A DNA stretch of 64,000 nucleotides from positions 1,314,569-1,378,568 of the forward strand of contig CBDCGS010000011.1 of the NCBI GenBank assembly GCA_965216915.1, written 5' to 3'. Under the pieces are notes generated by a model. It was not told where the DNA came from. It did no database searches and worked only from the letters and a program-made list of their open reading frames with translations. The stretch comes from Alphaproteobacteria bacterium. GTDB taxonomy: Bacteria > Pseudomonadota > Alphaproteobacteria > UBA828. Both the position numbers and the translations under genes were made by a program. Of the stretch, positions 46,836-56,226 are shown one piece after another (the first letter of the stretch is position 1; each line of letters begins with the position of its first letter).

Positions 46836-48860
46836 ATGTGGCGAGTAGGAATCGATGTCGGGGGCACGTTCACGGATCTGTACGCGCTCGACGAGCAGCG
46901 AAATAGGAGTGTCAGCTCGAAGGTACTAACCGTCCGGCATGACAGGGCCATCGGCGTGTTCAACGCGTTGAGGGCCGCAAGCATAGCGCCCGGGGAGGTC
47001 GAAACACTTGTGCACGGCAGCACAACGGCGACCAACGCGCTCGTGGAGCGGAACTATCCGCCGGCGGCCATGATCACGACAGAGGGTTTCAGAGACGTCA
47101 TCGAAATCGGGCGCCAGAGGCGCAAGGACCTCTTCGACCTGCACCAACAACGCCCAGAACCGCTTATTCGGCGCCGGTATCGTTTCACGGTGTCGGGTCG
47201 CATGGGTTCTGATGGCGGCGAGCTCGAGCCGTTGGATGATCGCGGTGCGGTTGTCCTCGCGAGGCAGTTGAAGGCGATGGGAATCACGTCAGTCGCGGTC
47301 TGCTTCATCAATGCCTACGCGAACCCGTCGCACGAGCGGCGTGTGCGGGACATCCTGAGAGATGAGCATCCGAACTGCTTCGTGGCGCTTTCCTCGGACA
47401 CGGTAAGCAAGTTTCGCGAGCACGGCCGCTTCACGACCACGACGATCCGCGCCGTGCTGTTGCCAGTCATGTCTGACTATTACGATCGCCTGCATTCGAG
47501 CCTCGTTGACAACGGCTTCACGGGAAATCTTCTCATATTGAAAAGCAATGGCGGCATGATGGGAGTGGATCTTGCGCGTGAACGCCCGGAAGAAACCGTC
47601 GAGTCAGGTCCCGCCGGCGGTGTCGGCTATGCACGCTTCCTAAGTGCGAAATCGGAATTCCCGCGGATCATATCGACCGATATGGGCGGCACGACGTTTG
47701 ATGCGTCCATTATCGAGGATGGCGAAGGATTGATAACGCACGACTACGAGCTCGATTGGGAAATGCCGATCATCATTCCGATGCTCGATATTCGCAGCGT
47801 TGGGGCCGGCGGTGGCTCGATTGCCTGGGTCGACGACGGTGGATCGCTGCGGGTCGGTCCACGGAGTGCTGGTTCGGAACCGGGGCCCGTGTGCTATGGC
47901 GGCGGTGGAACCGAGCCCACGGTGACAGATGCGAACTTGGTTCTCGGCCGCCTGGAACCCACTCTCGGCGGAAAATTCGAGCTAGACGAGGACGCAGCGC
48001 AAGCTGCGATCGCTGCGGTGGGTGAGCAGGTCCAATTGGGCCCGCTGGAAACGGCCCAAGCGATCATAGAGATCTGCTGCGAGAACATGGCGCAAGCGAT
48101 CAAACTGGTCCTCGTCGATCGTGGTCGCGACCCTCGCGATTATGCGATTGCAAGCTTTGGTGGGGCCGGGCCGATGCACGCTGCCTTCATTGCCCGGGCA
48201 ATGAACATACCGAAGGTCGTCGTGCCGGCCAACGCTGGTGTCGCCTCGGCGTTTGGTGCTATCACAATGGAATTGCGGCACGACTTGGAGGACTTTTACT
48301 ATGGGGACGTCGCAACCGCAGATCTCGATCGCCTAAGTACCTTGTATGACGCTTTGGAAGCGCGCGGTCGGGATCTGCTCGCAAGAGATGGTGTGGCCCC
48401 CGAAGATATGCGTCTCCAGAGAAATGCCCAGATGCGCTATGTCGGTCAATTCTGGGAAGTTCTTACGCCGATCCCCTCGGGGTCTTTGAACCGCGAGTCG
48501 GTCGCACGGATCTCGGAGGCCTTCCACCAGGCGCACGAAACCGAGCACGGGGTGTGCTCGCCCGAGTTCCAGGTGGAATTTGTGAGCATTGGTCTGACGG
48601 CCACGGGTCGATCCAGGGGACAGCAGCAGATCGTCGAGCAACGAACCGCCGCTGCGGCTCAAGCTAGCCGCCGGCAGGTCTATTTCGACGGTACCTGGTT
48701 TGACACCTCAGTGCTCGACGGAAACGCATTGGGTGCGGACGAGATCGTCAATGGGCCAGCGATCATTGAGTACCCACACTCAGTGACGGTTCTTCCCCCT
48801 CATTCCAGCGCGTCGGTTGACCGGCTGGCGAACCTCATCATCGAGGCTCGAAAGCCTTGA
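46836..48860 (+). CDS. Hydantoinase/oxoprolinase/acetone-carboxylase-family protein, HyuA-type (ATP-binding) subunit
   Basis: N-terminal MWRVGIDVGGTFTDL actin-like ATPase motif of the HyuA family; 674 aa. RBS GGAGG. The region has lower GC. Confidence 0.85.
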   Translation: MWRVGIDVGGTFTDLYALDEQRNRSVSSKVLTVRHDRAIGVFNALRAASIAPGEVETLVHGSTTATNALVERNYPPAAMITTEGFRDVIEIGRQRRKDLFDLHQQRPEPLIRRRYRFTVSGRMGSDGGELEPLDDRGAVVLARQLKAMGITSVAVCFINAYANPSHERRVRDILRDEHPNCFVALSSDTVSKFREHGRFTTTTIRAVLLPVMSDYYDRLHSSLVDNGFTGNLLILKSNGGMMGVDLARERPEETVESGPAGGVGYARFLSAKSEFPRIISTDMGGTTFDASIIEDGEGLITHDYELDWEMPIIIPMLDIRSVGAGGGSIAWVDDGGSLRVGPRSAGSEPGPVCYGGGGTEPTVTDANLVLGRLEPTLGGKFELDEDAAQAAIAAVGEQVQLGPLETAQAIIEICCENMAQAIKLVLVDRGRDPRDYAIASFGGAGPMHAAFIARAMNIPKVVVPANAGVASAFGAITMELRHDLEDFYYGDVATADLDRLSTLYDALEARGRDLLARDGVAPEDMRLQRNAQMRYVGQFWEVLTPIPSGSLNRESVARISEAFHQAHETEHGVCSPEFQVEFVSIGLTATGRSRGQQQIVEQRTAAAAQASRRQVYFDGTWFDTSVLDGNALGADEIVNGPAIIEYPHSVTVLPPHSSASVDRLANLIIEARKP

Positions 48861-48886
48861 TCCAAAGCAGGAGGAGCAACGCGGAT

Positions 48887-50671
48887 ATGACCGAGAGTGG
48901 CAATCCCAAAAGCGGAACCCGCGAACTGGATCCGGTCACATTCGAGGTGCTCCGCAATCAATTCGAATTTTGCTGCGACCGAATGTCCAAGGTGCTCTAC
49001 AAAACGGCGTTTTCGCCGATCCTTAGTGACATTCTCGATTTTTCGAACGCGGTCTACGATAGCGAGATTCGGTTGCTCGCTCAGTCGCCGGGCTGCCCAA
49101 TCCACATGGCGGCAATGCACTTCGCGGCGCGGGCATCGGTCGAGCGGTATGGGATCGAGAATCTCGCGGCGGGCGATGTCGTGATCCTGAACGATCCGTT
49201 CGCCGGTGGCACGCACATCCCCGATACAACGTTCATGATGCCGATCTACGCCGGCTCGGAGCTACTTGGGTTCGCGGTTAGTCGTGGCCATTGGCAGGAT
49301 CTCGGCGGTGGTGCTGCTGGTGGTCAATCATTTGGAACCCATATCGCGGGCGAGGGCCTGCGTATCCCGCCACTCAAGCTTTTCAATGAGTACGAGATCA
49401 ACAAGGATCTCGTATCACTCATTAAAAATAACACGCGGTGTCCGCAATATATCGAGGGAGATATTCAGGCGCACATGGCTGCCTTGAAGGTTGCCGAACA
49501 GGAATATCTTCGCGCGGTCGATCGGTATGGTTTGGACACGGTGAAAACGGCGATGCGGGAATTGATCGCCTATACAAACCGAATAACAAGGAGGCGCATC
49601 GCAAACGTCGCAGATGGCGAATACGAGGTTGAGGATTTCGTCGATACTGACGGGTTCAGCGATAAACCGATCAAACTCAAGGTCAAAGCGACCATCAACG
49701 ACGAGCATATCACGATCGATTTTACCGGTTCCGATCCGCAATGCATCGGCGCGATTAACTCGCCGTTGGCAAACACCTACTCGTCCGTGTACCTCGCGCT
49801 GAGATTTTTTCTGTGTCCAGACGCGCCGGCCAACGCCGGCCTCTTCGACGCCGTCGATATCATTCTACCCGACGACTGTTGGCTGAACGCCAAATGGCCG
49901 GCTCCAACAATCGGCTGTACGACGGTCACCGCAGCGAAAATCAATAGCGCAATTTGGTTCGCGATGGGGCAAGCCATGCCCGAGCATGCAATTGGCGGGA
50001 CGATGTCCGATTGCAATTGGCTCGTTTGCTCTGTCAAGACCCCAGGGTCGAGCGAACAGGCGGTGTTCTCGGACTTGCCGGCGGGTGGCTGGGGTGGAAT
50101 GCGCGACCACGACGGCGTTAGTGTTTACTACGATCCGACTGGAAATTGCATGAACCTCTCGGCAGAGGTCGCCGAGCTTTGCTATCCAGTCGTCTACGAA
50201 ATGTTCGAAATGCGGACGGATTCGGCTGGCGCAGGCCTCCATCGCGGCGGGATGGGCGCCAGCCTGCAGTTTCGTTTCAAAGGTTCGGCCGAGCTGAGTA
50301 TCGAAACATCGCGGACGATAGAAGGGAGTCCCGGTGTCGAAGGCGGTCTCGCCAGCCCTGTGCAAAAACTTTTCAAGGTAGATGGAGACGGGACGAGCGA
50401 GGTTATCGGTGGTTGGTGCGAGGATGGTTCGTGGAAAAACCCTCTTCTCGCGGCATACCGTTTCCAGGCCGGCGAAGCCTTTCGCATCGATACAACTGGC
50501 GGGGGCGGTTGGGGAGATCCGAAGCAGAGACCAAAAGAGCGCGTCAGGGAAGACGTGCTCGATGGATATGTTTCCATCGAAGCGGCGCGTGAAATCTACG
50601 GTGTCGAGTTAAACGAAAGTGGCATAACACCCGAACAGCCGCCACCGCCACCGGGAGCCGCGTCAGATTAG
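48887..50671 (+). CDS. Hydantoinase/oxoprolinase/acetone-carboxylase-family protein, HyuB-type subunit
   Basis: 594 aa with the HyuB-like pattern (DPVTFEVLRNQF...). RBS AGGAGGAG. The start overlaps or abuts the HyuA stop, which suggests coupling. Confidence 0.85.
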   Translation: MTESGNPKSGTRELDPVTFEVLRNQFEFCCDRMSKVLYKTAFSPILSDILDFSNAVYDSEIRLLAQSPGCPIHMAAMHFAARASVERYGIENLAAGDVVILNDPFAGGTHIPDTTFMMPIYAGSELLGFAVSRGHWQDLGGGAAGGQSFGTHIAGEGLRIPPLKLFNEYEINKDLVSLIKNNTRCPQYIEGDIQAHMAALKVAEQEYLRAVDRYGLDTVKTAMRELIAYTNRITRRRIANVADGEYEVEDFVDTDGFSDKPIKLKVKATINDEHITIDFTGSDPQCIGAINSPLANTYSSVYLALRFFLCPDAPANAGLFDAVDIILPDDCWLNAKWPAPTIGCTTVTAAKINSAIWFAMGQAMPEHAIGGTMSDCNWLVCSVKTPGSSEQAVFSDLPAGGWGGMRDHDGVSVYYDPTGNCMNLSAEVAELCYPVVYEMFEMRTDSAGAGLHRGGMGASLQFRFKGSAELSIETSRTIEGSPGVEGGLASPVQKLFKVDGDGTSEVIGGWCEDGSWKNPLLAAYRFQAGEAFRIDTTGGGGWGDPKQRPKERVREDVLDGYVSIEAAREIYGVELNESGITPEQPPPPPGAASD

Positions 50672-50714
50672 GAGACAACTGTCCGGCCCGCCAACGACAC
50701 CGAAAGGAGCTGAA

Positions 50715-51479
50715 GTGACAGGAAAACTAGAATCCAAAGTCGCGCTCGTGACCGGTGGTTCCCGCGGAATGGGTCGGTCGTACAGCGAGCGGTTCGGTGC
50801 CGAAGGCGCGGCAGTGGCGGTCATTTATCGGTCTGACTCTGACGCGGCGCACCAAGTCGTCGACGCTATACAAAAGACGGGTGGCCAGGCTGTCGCGATC
50901 CAATGTGACGTGTCGAACGTTGACGCCATCCACCGTATGGTCAGCGAGGTATGCAAGCACTTCGGCGGAGTCGACATTCTCGTCAACAACGCCGGCATTT
51001 ATCTTTTCACACCGGTTGAGACGACGACCGAGGAAATCTGGGATCAACAGATCAACACCAACCTCAAGAGCGCATTTTTCTGTGCCCAGGCCGTCGTCCC
51101 GGCAATGAAAAAGCGAGGCGGCGGCAAGATCATCAACATTTCCTCGATATTCGGACAGAGTGGATTTGCCGGATCGGCCGCCTACTGCGCGACAAAGGCC
51201 GGAATGTCTCTGTTGACCAAGACGCTTTGCCTAGAACTTCGCGAGGCGAATATTCAGGTCAATCAGATTTCGCCTGGCTGCATCAAGACCGATATGAACG
51301 AGGCATATCGAGCCGAGAATGACGATTACAATGCTGCGCTCCAGAACCACTTCGGTGTTGGTGATCCTTGGCTCGACCCCGACGAGCTGACCGGCGCTGC
51401 CGTTTTCCTCGCATCGTCTGATTTGAACTCTGTGACAGGTGCAAACATCAATGTCGACCGTGGTTATGCCGCGGGGTGA
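50715..51479 (+). CDS. SDR-family oxidoreductase
   Basis: VALVTGGSRGMGRS, NNAG, YCATKAG. GTG start after AGGAG. Confidence 0.8.
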   Translation: MTGKLESKVALVTGGSRGMGRSYSERFGAEGAAVAVIYRSDSDAAHQVVDAIQKTGGQAVAIQCDVSNVDAIHRMVSEVCKHFGGVDILVNNAGIYLFTPVETTTEEIWDQQINTNLKSAFFCAQAVVPAMKKRGGGKIINISSIFGQSGFAGSAAYCATKAGMSLLTKTLCLELREANIQVNQISPGCIKTDMNEAYRAENDDYNAALQNHFGVGDPWLDPDELTGAAVFLASSDLNSVTGANINVDRGYAAG

Positions 51480-51521
51480 ATCGGACCCGCGTGGTCGGGG
51501 CCTCTCAGACGCCTAATCGGC

Positions 51522-51549
51522 CCTCAACCTGGCGCGGGCCAGGTTGAGG
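51522..51549 (+). terminator. Perfect 12-bp stem / 4-nt loop hairpin (cctcaacctggc-gcgg-gccaggttgagg) 42 nt after the SDR stop
   Basis: Read directly from the sequence. There is no U-tract, so it may be a rho-dependent or REP-like element rather than an intrinsic terminator. Confidence 0.35.
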
Positions 51550-51735
51550 CACATCGGCCGGCGCCGATCATCAACCCGGCGGGCCCCGCAACGACCCCGC
51601 GGAAGATGCGGTTCAATCCGAGCCCACTCCTCATCGCTCAGCCAACAAGGCGTCTTCACCATCCAAGCCTCCTACCGTTCCGAAGCTTGAATCAAAAAAA
51701 TCAACCGAGATGAGAATCCCTATTGAGTACCGACA

Positions 51736-52200
51736 CTAGTGCGAGCACGTCCGCGGTTGGACGAGGTCGCGCCTCTTGAAGCTCGCCGCCCCAAGGAGCG
51801 CATCGACGGCGTGCCCATCGGAGCTCAGCGGCAGCAGAATCGCGCGATAGAGCATTTCGCTCCCGTGATAGCTCAGGAAAACGTCACTGTTGGCGACGGG
51901 TTTTCCGACGTTCACCACAACCCGGCAGAAATCGATGATCTGATCCGCGTGCTCGTCGGGGAGCGTGTCGATCCGCCGTCCCGTCAGATCGAGTCTCAAG
52001 CCTTGCGCGAGCTCGGACCCGCAGCGGGTCACCGCATAGGCTTCCGGACCGCCGGAGGTGTCGATCACGAAGGAATTTTCCAGCAATGCCCCAGTGCACG
52101 CGGCTTCGACATCACGCAACCGAGGGTAGGGCCGATCGCCGCACAGCGTGTGCCACGCGGAAAATGCCTGCCCGATCAATCGCCTTTCAAGCCGACGCAT
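51736..52200 (-). CDS. Hypothetical protein (possible PAS-like fold), ~154 aa
   Basis: C-terminal 150 aa of a long GC-rich ORF (MRRLERRLIGQAFSAWHTLCGDRPYPRLRDVEAACTGALLENSFVIDTSGG...). The upstream part of the ORF-track frame is probably spurious, and the start is uncertain. Confidence 0.3.
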   Translation of the reverse strand: MRRLERRLIGQAFSAWHTLCGDRPYPRLRDVEAACTGALLENSFVIDTSGGPEAYAVTRCGSELAQGLRLDLTGRRIDTLPDEHADQIIDFCRVVVNVGKPVANSDVFLSYHGSEMLYRAILLPLSSDGHAVDALLGAASFKRRDLVQPRTCSH

Positions 52201-52401
52201 GGTTCCCTCAACAAACAAACGCCCGTGGCCTGTCTTGTCGGCACCGTCTGTTTGATGCGGCGACGACACCGGCGTGTCGCCCGACAACATTGGGGTCAGA
52301 GTTAGAAATGTTGGTAAACGAATCCTTAACGAGCTCACCCGCGAAAAGTGGAAACCCGTCAGGAAAGGGCCAAGTGGTACAGCGCCAATGCATAGGGTGA
52401 T

Positions 52402-54186
52402 ATGGTCGGCCCGATGGAAGTGCCGGGATTTTCCGAGACCGAGAAGACGGCGGGGCGCAACGCCCGGCGGTGCGTGCGGACGCTGATCGCTGGCGCTGTG
52501 GTCGCGTCGCTCACGGTCGGCGCGGGTGTCGACGACCTCGACGCGGCGGCGTTGCTCGAGATGCGGGGCGAAGCGTCGCCGATCGCGCTGCAAGTCGCGA
52601 GCCTGAGCGACGAGGACAATGACGAGGAGTTGCGCAGCGGTCGCTATAGCCTGCTCGTCAGGAAGATCCAGCTGCGCCTCGCCGAGATCGGAGTTTATCG
52701 CGGCCCGATTGGCGGCGTCATGTCGCCCGAGACGATCGAGGCGATTCGCCGGTACCAGCAAACCGCCGGCCTGCCCGTCGATGGCAAGCCATCGCGCGAA
52801 TTGCTCGAGCATCTGACCTCAGCTGCGGGCGCCGCGCAACACCTCCTACAGCGTCTCGACGAGGCCCGTCGCGTCCAAATCGAAGAGGCGCGGCTTGCGC
52901 TGGAAAGGGAGTTTGGGCCGGATTGGGCCAACCCCGACGTCGATACGGCGCGATCGGTCGACCGCACGGGCGCCGCGTGTTTCGAGCTGCCGACCACGCG
53001 CTGCTTGATCCACGAGGCGCGCCAGGCGGCCACGCAGGTCGACAAGGAGGACCTGCGCGACTGGGCGCTGAGCAACGTCGTCGAGGCGCAGGCGCGCGCG
53101 GGCCGCCCCGACGAAGCGCTGGAGGTCGCACGCACGATCCAGGATCCGCGCTCGGTCGTCGCGGCGATCAGCAGCATCGCTGTTTCGCTGGCGAAGGCCG
53201 GGCGAACCGAGGACGCGTTGGTCACCGCCGATCGGGTTCCGAGCGAGCGCTTGAAGGACAAGGCGCTCCGCGCGATCGCCGAAGGGCAAGCGGCCGGCGG
53301 AAGCCCCGATCAAGCCGAGGAAACGGCCCGGCGAATCGCCCGCGATCAGGAGCGTGTTCCCGCGCTTGCGGCGATTGCACGTGCCTACCTCGAAGCCGGC
53401 GACGAGCGGACGGCGCGCGTGGTCGTGGAAGAGGCGCGCACGCTGGTTGGCACGATTCGGACCAAGGTGTTCCGCGATTGGGCGACCGGCGAGGTGGCGG
53501 TGCTGCTGGCGCTGGCCGATCAGATTGCCGAGGGCAAGGCGCTTGCGAGCACCATCGAGACGCCGATGCACCGGATCCAGGCGCTTTGCGAAATCGTCAT
53601 CATTGAGGCCGAAAGCGACGAACTCGACGACGCGCGGGAGACGCTTGCAGGGGCCAAGTCGGTTCTGCCGACCATTCCGCGCAAGGCGGCGCGTCAGCAA
53701 GCGCTGGCCCGTGTCGCAATCGCCGAAGCGGCGGTCGGCGATTTCGCGGCCGCGCGCAGCTCGGTGCGCAAGATCGACCAGGGCTACACGCTGTCATTCG
53801 TGCAGACCAAGGTCGCGGTCAATCTCGCCCGTTTTGGCGAGATTGACGATGCCGTCGCGCTCGCGACGTCGGTCGAGGACGATCGGCTCAAGGTCGACAC
53901 GCTCCTGAGCATCGCGCGCATCCTCGACGACGACGGAGAAGACGAGAAGGCGCGCGAAACCGAGGCCGAGGGCCACGAGATCGCGCGCGCCATCAAAAGC
54001 ACGCTCGATCGCGCGTTCGTGCTGTCCGATCTCGCCGTCGTGAACGCCCAGGCCGGACGTGCGGATTTTGCCCGAGAGACGCTCGCCGAAGCCCTCGACG
54101 TGGCACGCAAGATCGACGACCCGTGGGCGCGCTCGCGCTCGCTGAGCAAGGTCGCAAGCGCCCTCGCGGTGATCGGCGAGATATAG
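52402..54186 (+). CDS. Peptidoglycan-binding-domain protein with C-terminal HEAT/TPR-like helical repeats, 594 aa
   Basis: PG_binding_1-like segment (LRLAEIGVYRGPIGGVMSPETIEAIRRYQQTAGLPVDGKPSRELLEHL) and an N-terminal hydrophobic segment. It is followed by ~12 repeats of the A-x-x-I/V-x-D-P-x-x-R-A-x-A-L pattern. Confidence 0.6.
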   Translation: MVGPMEVPGFSETEKTAGRNARRCVRTLIAGAVVASLTVGAGVDDLDAAALLEMRGEASPIALQVASLSDEDNDEELRSGRYSLLVRKIQLRLAEIGVYRGPIGGVMSPETIEAIRRYQQTAGLPVDGKPSRELLEHLTSAAGAAQHLLQRLDEARRVQIEEARLALEREFGPDWANPDVDTARSVDRTGAACFELPTTRCLIHEARQAATQVDKEDLRDWALSNVVEAQARAGRPDEALEVARTIQDPRSVVAAISSIAVSLAKAGRTEDALVTADRVPSERLKDKALRAIAEGQAAGGSPDQAEETARRIARDQERVPALAAIARAYLEAGDERTARVVVEEARTLVGTIRTKVFRDWATGEVAVLLALADQIAEGKALASTIETPMHRIQALCEIVIIEAESDELDDARETLAGAKSVLPTIPRKAARQQALARVAIAEAAVGDFAAARSSVRKIDQGYTLSFVQTKVAVNLARFGEIDDAVALATSVEDDRLKVDTLLSIARILDDDGEDEKARETEAEGHEIARAIKSTLDRAFVLSDLAVVNAQAGRADFARETLAEALDVARKIDDPWARSRSLSKVASALAVIGEI

Positions 54187-54251
54187 CGCTCCTCCGCAGC
54201 AGATACGCGGCGGTAGGGTCGGGGCCCGAAACCGGATAGCCTCCGGGCGCC

Positions 54252-55184
54252 ATGCCGCCCAAGCACACGCTCGGAACCGCCGACGGCCCTCGGCGCGGGG
54301 ATTCCCGCGCGATCGAGGGTGCCCTCTTGATGATCTTCACCTGCGCCTGCTTCGCCGGCATGTCCGCGGCCATTCGGCACGTCTCGGCCGAGCTTTCGGT
54401 GTTTCAGATCGCGTTCTTTCGCAATGCCGTTGGATGCCTGGTCTTGCTCCCCTTTATGGCGCGCGCCGGCTTTGGGCCGGTCTCAGGTGTCCGCTTTCGC
54501 TTGTTCGGCGTGCGGGCATTGGTCGGGATCTGCGCCATGTGGGCGTGGTATGCAGCGCTCCAGCGCACGCCGCTCGCTGAGGCGATCACGCTCAACTTCA
54601 CGGTGGCCTTGTGGATGATCCCGGTCGCCATCTTCATGCTTGGCGAGAAGGTGGGGCCGCGGCGCCTGATTGCGGTGCTCGTGGGCTTCGTCGGCGTCCT
54701 AATCGTGCTGAGACCCGGCGCGGAGACCATCAGCACGGGCGGCCTGCTTGCAATCTTTTCGGCCCTCCTGTTCGCAATCTCCATGGGTCTGGTGCGGCTT
54801 TTGGCACGCGCCGAATCGCCGCTCGCCATCGTGTTCTACATGAACCTCATCATGACGCCGATTTCGCTCGGGCCGGCAATCGCCTTTTGGCAGATGCCGA
54901 CGATCGATCAATTCGGCTGGCTGATCGGCATCGGGGTCGTTCTCACCGCGGCGCATTTCGCCATGGCACGGGCGCTCTCGGTGTCGGAGGCGACGGCTAT
55001 CGTGCCGCTGGACTTCACGCGCCTCCCCTTCGCCGTCTTGTTCGGCTGGTTGGCCTTCAACGAGTTTCCCGGCCCCTGGACCTGGGTCGGCGCGGCGATC
55101 ATCATTGGCAGCGCCTTCTACATTTCGCACCGCGAGGCGCGGCTTCATCGCGCCGCGCTCCGGCGGTCCGAGGATGCTGACTGA
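54252..55184 (+). CDS. DMT-superfamily transporter (EamA/RhaT-like, 10 TM)
   Basis: Duplicated EamA domains and a hydrophobic profile. The start is uncertain; internal ATGs lie at MIFTCA and MSAAI. Confidence 0.7.
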   Translation: MPPKHTLGTADGPRRGDSRAIEGALLMIFTCACFAGMSAAIRHVSAELSVFQIAFFRNAVGCLVLLPFMARAGFGPVSGVRFRLFGVRALVGICAMWAWYAALQRTPLAEAITLNFTVALWMIPVAIFMLGEKVGPRRLIAVLVGFVGVLIVLRPGAETISTGGLLAIFSALLFAISMGLVRLLARAESPLAIVFYMNLIMTPISLGPAIAFWQMPTIDQFGWLIGIGVVLTAAHFAMARALSVSEATAIVPLDFTRLPFAVLFGWLAFNEFPGPWTWVGAAIIIGSAFYISHREARLHRAALRRSEDAD

Positions 55185-55255
55185 GCGGTCGCTTCGGCGT
55201 CGCGCCGCGCCGCGCGATTTGTTATGAAGGCGCGCTTGCAACGGCGGAGGACGGA

Positions 55256-56020
55256 ATGGAGATTCAGGGCTGCACCGCGGTCGTCACCGGCGGCGCCTCG
55301 GGCCTCGGAGAAGCGACATCGCGTGCGCTCGCGAAGGCTGGCGCGCGCGTGGGCGTGCTCGACATGAACGAAGAACGAGCGCATCAGGTCGCGAGCGAGA
55401 TCGGCGGCGTCGCCGCGGTCTGCGATGTGGTCGACGCCGCGAGCCATGAAGCCGCCTTGGGCAAAGTGCGCGAGCAATTGGGTCCCTGCCGCATTTTGGT
55501 CGCGTGCGCGGGCATCGCGGTCGGCGCAAAGCTTGTCGGCAAAGATGGCGCCGCGACGCCGCTCGACACGCTCACCCGGGCGATCAAGGTCAACCTGATC
55601 GGCACGATCAATTCCTGCCGGCTCGCGGCCGCCGACATGATCGCGCAAGTCCCGCTCGACGAAAACGAGCGCGGTGCGATCGTCATGACATCCTCGATCG
55701 CGTCAACCGAGGGCCAGGTTGGACAGTGCGACTACTCCGCGTCCAAGGGCGGCGTCGCCGCGATGACCATCACGCTTGCGCGCGAGCTGGCACGCGACGG
55801 TGTGCGGGTCAATGCGATCGCTCCGGGGATCATGGACACGCCAATGATGGCGGGGCTTCCTGAGGCAGTGCGCGAGTCGCTGGTCGCGACCACGCTCTAT
55901 CCCAAGCGCCTCGGCAAGTCGGACGAATTCGCGGACCTCGCGATCCATTTGATCGAGAATCGGTTCATGAACGGGGCGGTGGTGCGATTTGACGGGGCAC
56001 TGCGCATGATGCCGCGCTAG
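55256..56020 (+). CDS. SDR-family oxidoreductase (HSD17B10 / 3-hydroxyacyl-CoA dehydrogenase type-2-like)
   Basis: AVVTGGASGLGEAT, catalytic YSASKGGV; 254 aa. Confidence 0.85.
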   Translation: MEIQGCTAVVTGGASGLGEATSRALAKAGARVGVLDMNEERAHQVASEIGGVAAVCDVVDAASHEAALGKVREQLGPCRILVACAGIAVGAKLVGKDGAATPLDTLTRAIKVNLIGTINSCRLAAADMIAQVPLDENERGAIVMTSSIASTEGQVGQCDYSASKGGVAAMTITLARELARDGVRVNAIAPGIMDTPMMAGLPEAVRESLVATTLYPKRLGKSDEFADLAIHLIENRFMNGAVVRFDGALRMMPR

Positions 56021-56226
56021 GAAGTGGACCCCGCGCCGCGGCAGTCATGAACGGGGCGGGTCGGCGGCAATGCCCAACATGGCGAGATGCGACGGCGTTT
56101 CGCGGCAACGGTGGCGCCGAGTGAAAGATGTCGCGATATGATCGCGTGATGGCCCACTTGCAGGGACCCGCCTGGCGCAGGGTGCAACGGGTGAAGGCGA
56201 CAGAAGAGGCGTTGGGATAGGCAGCG

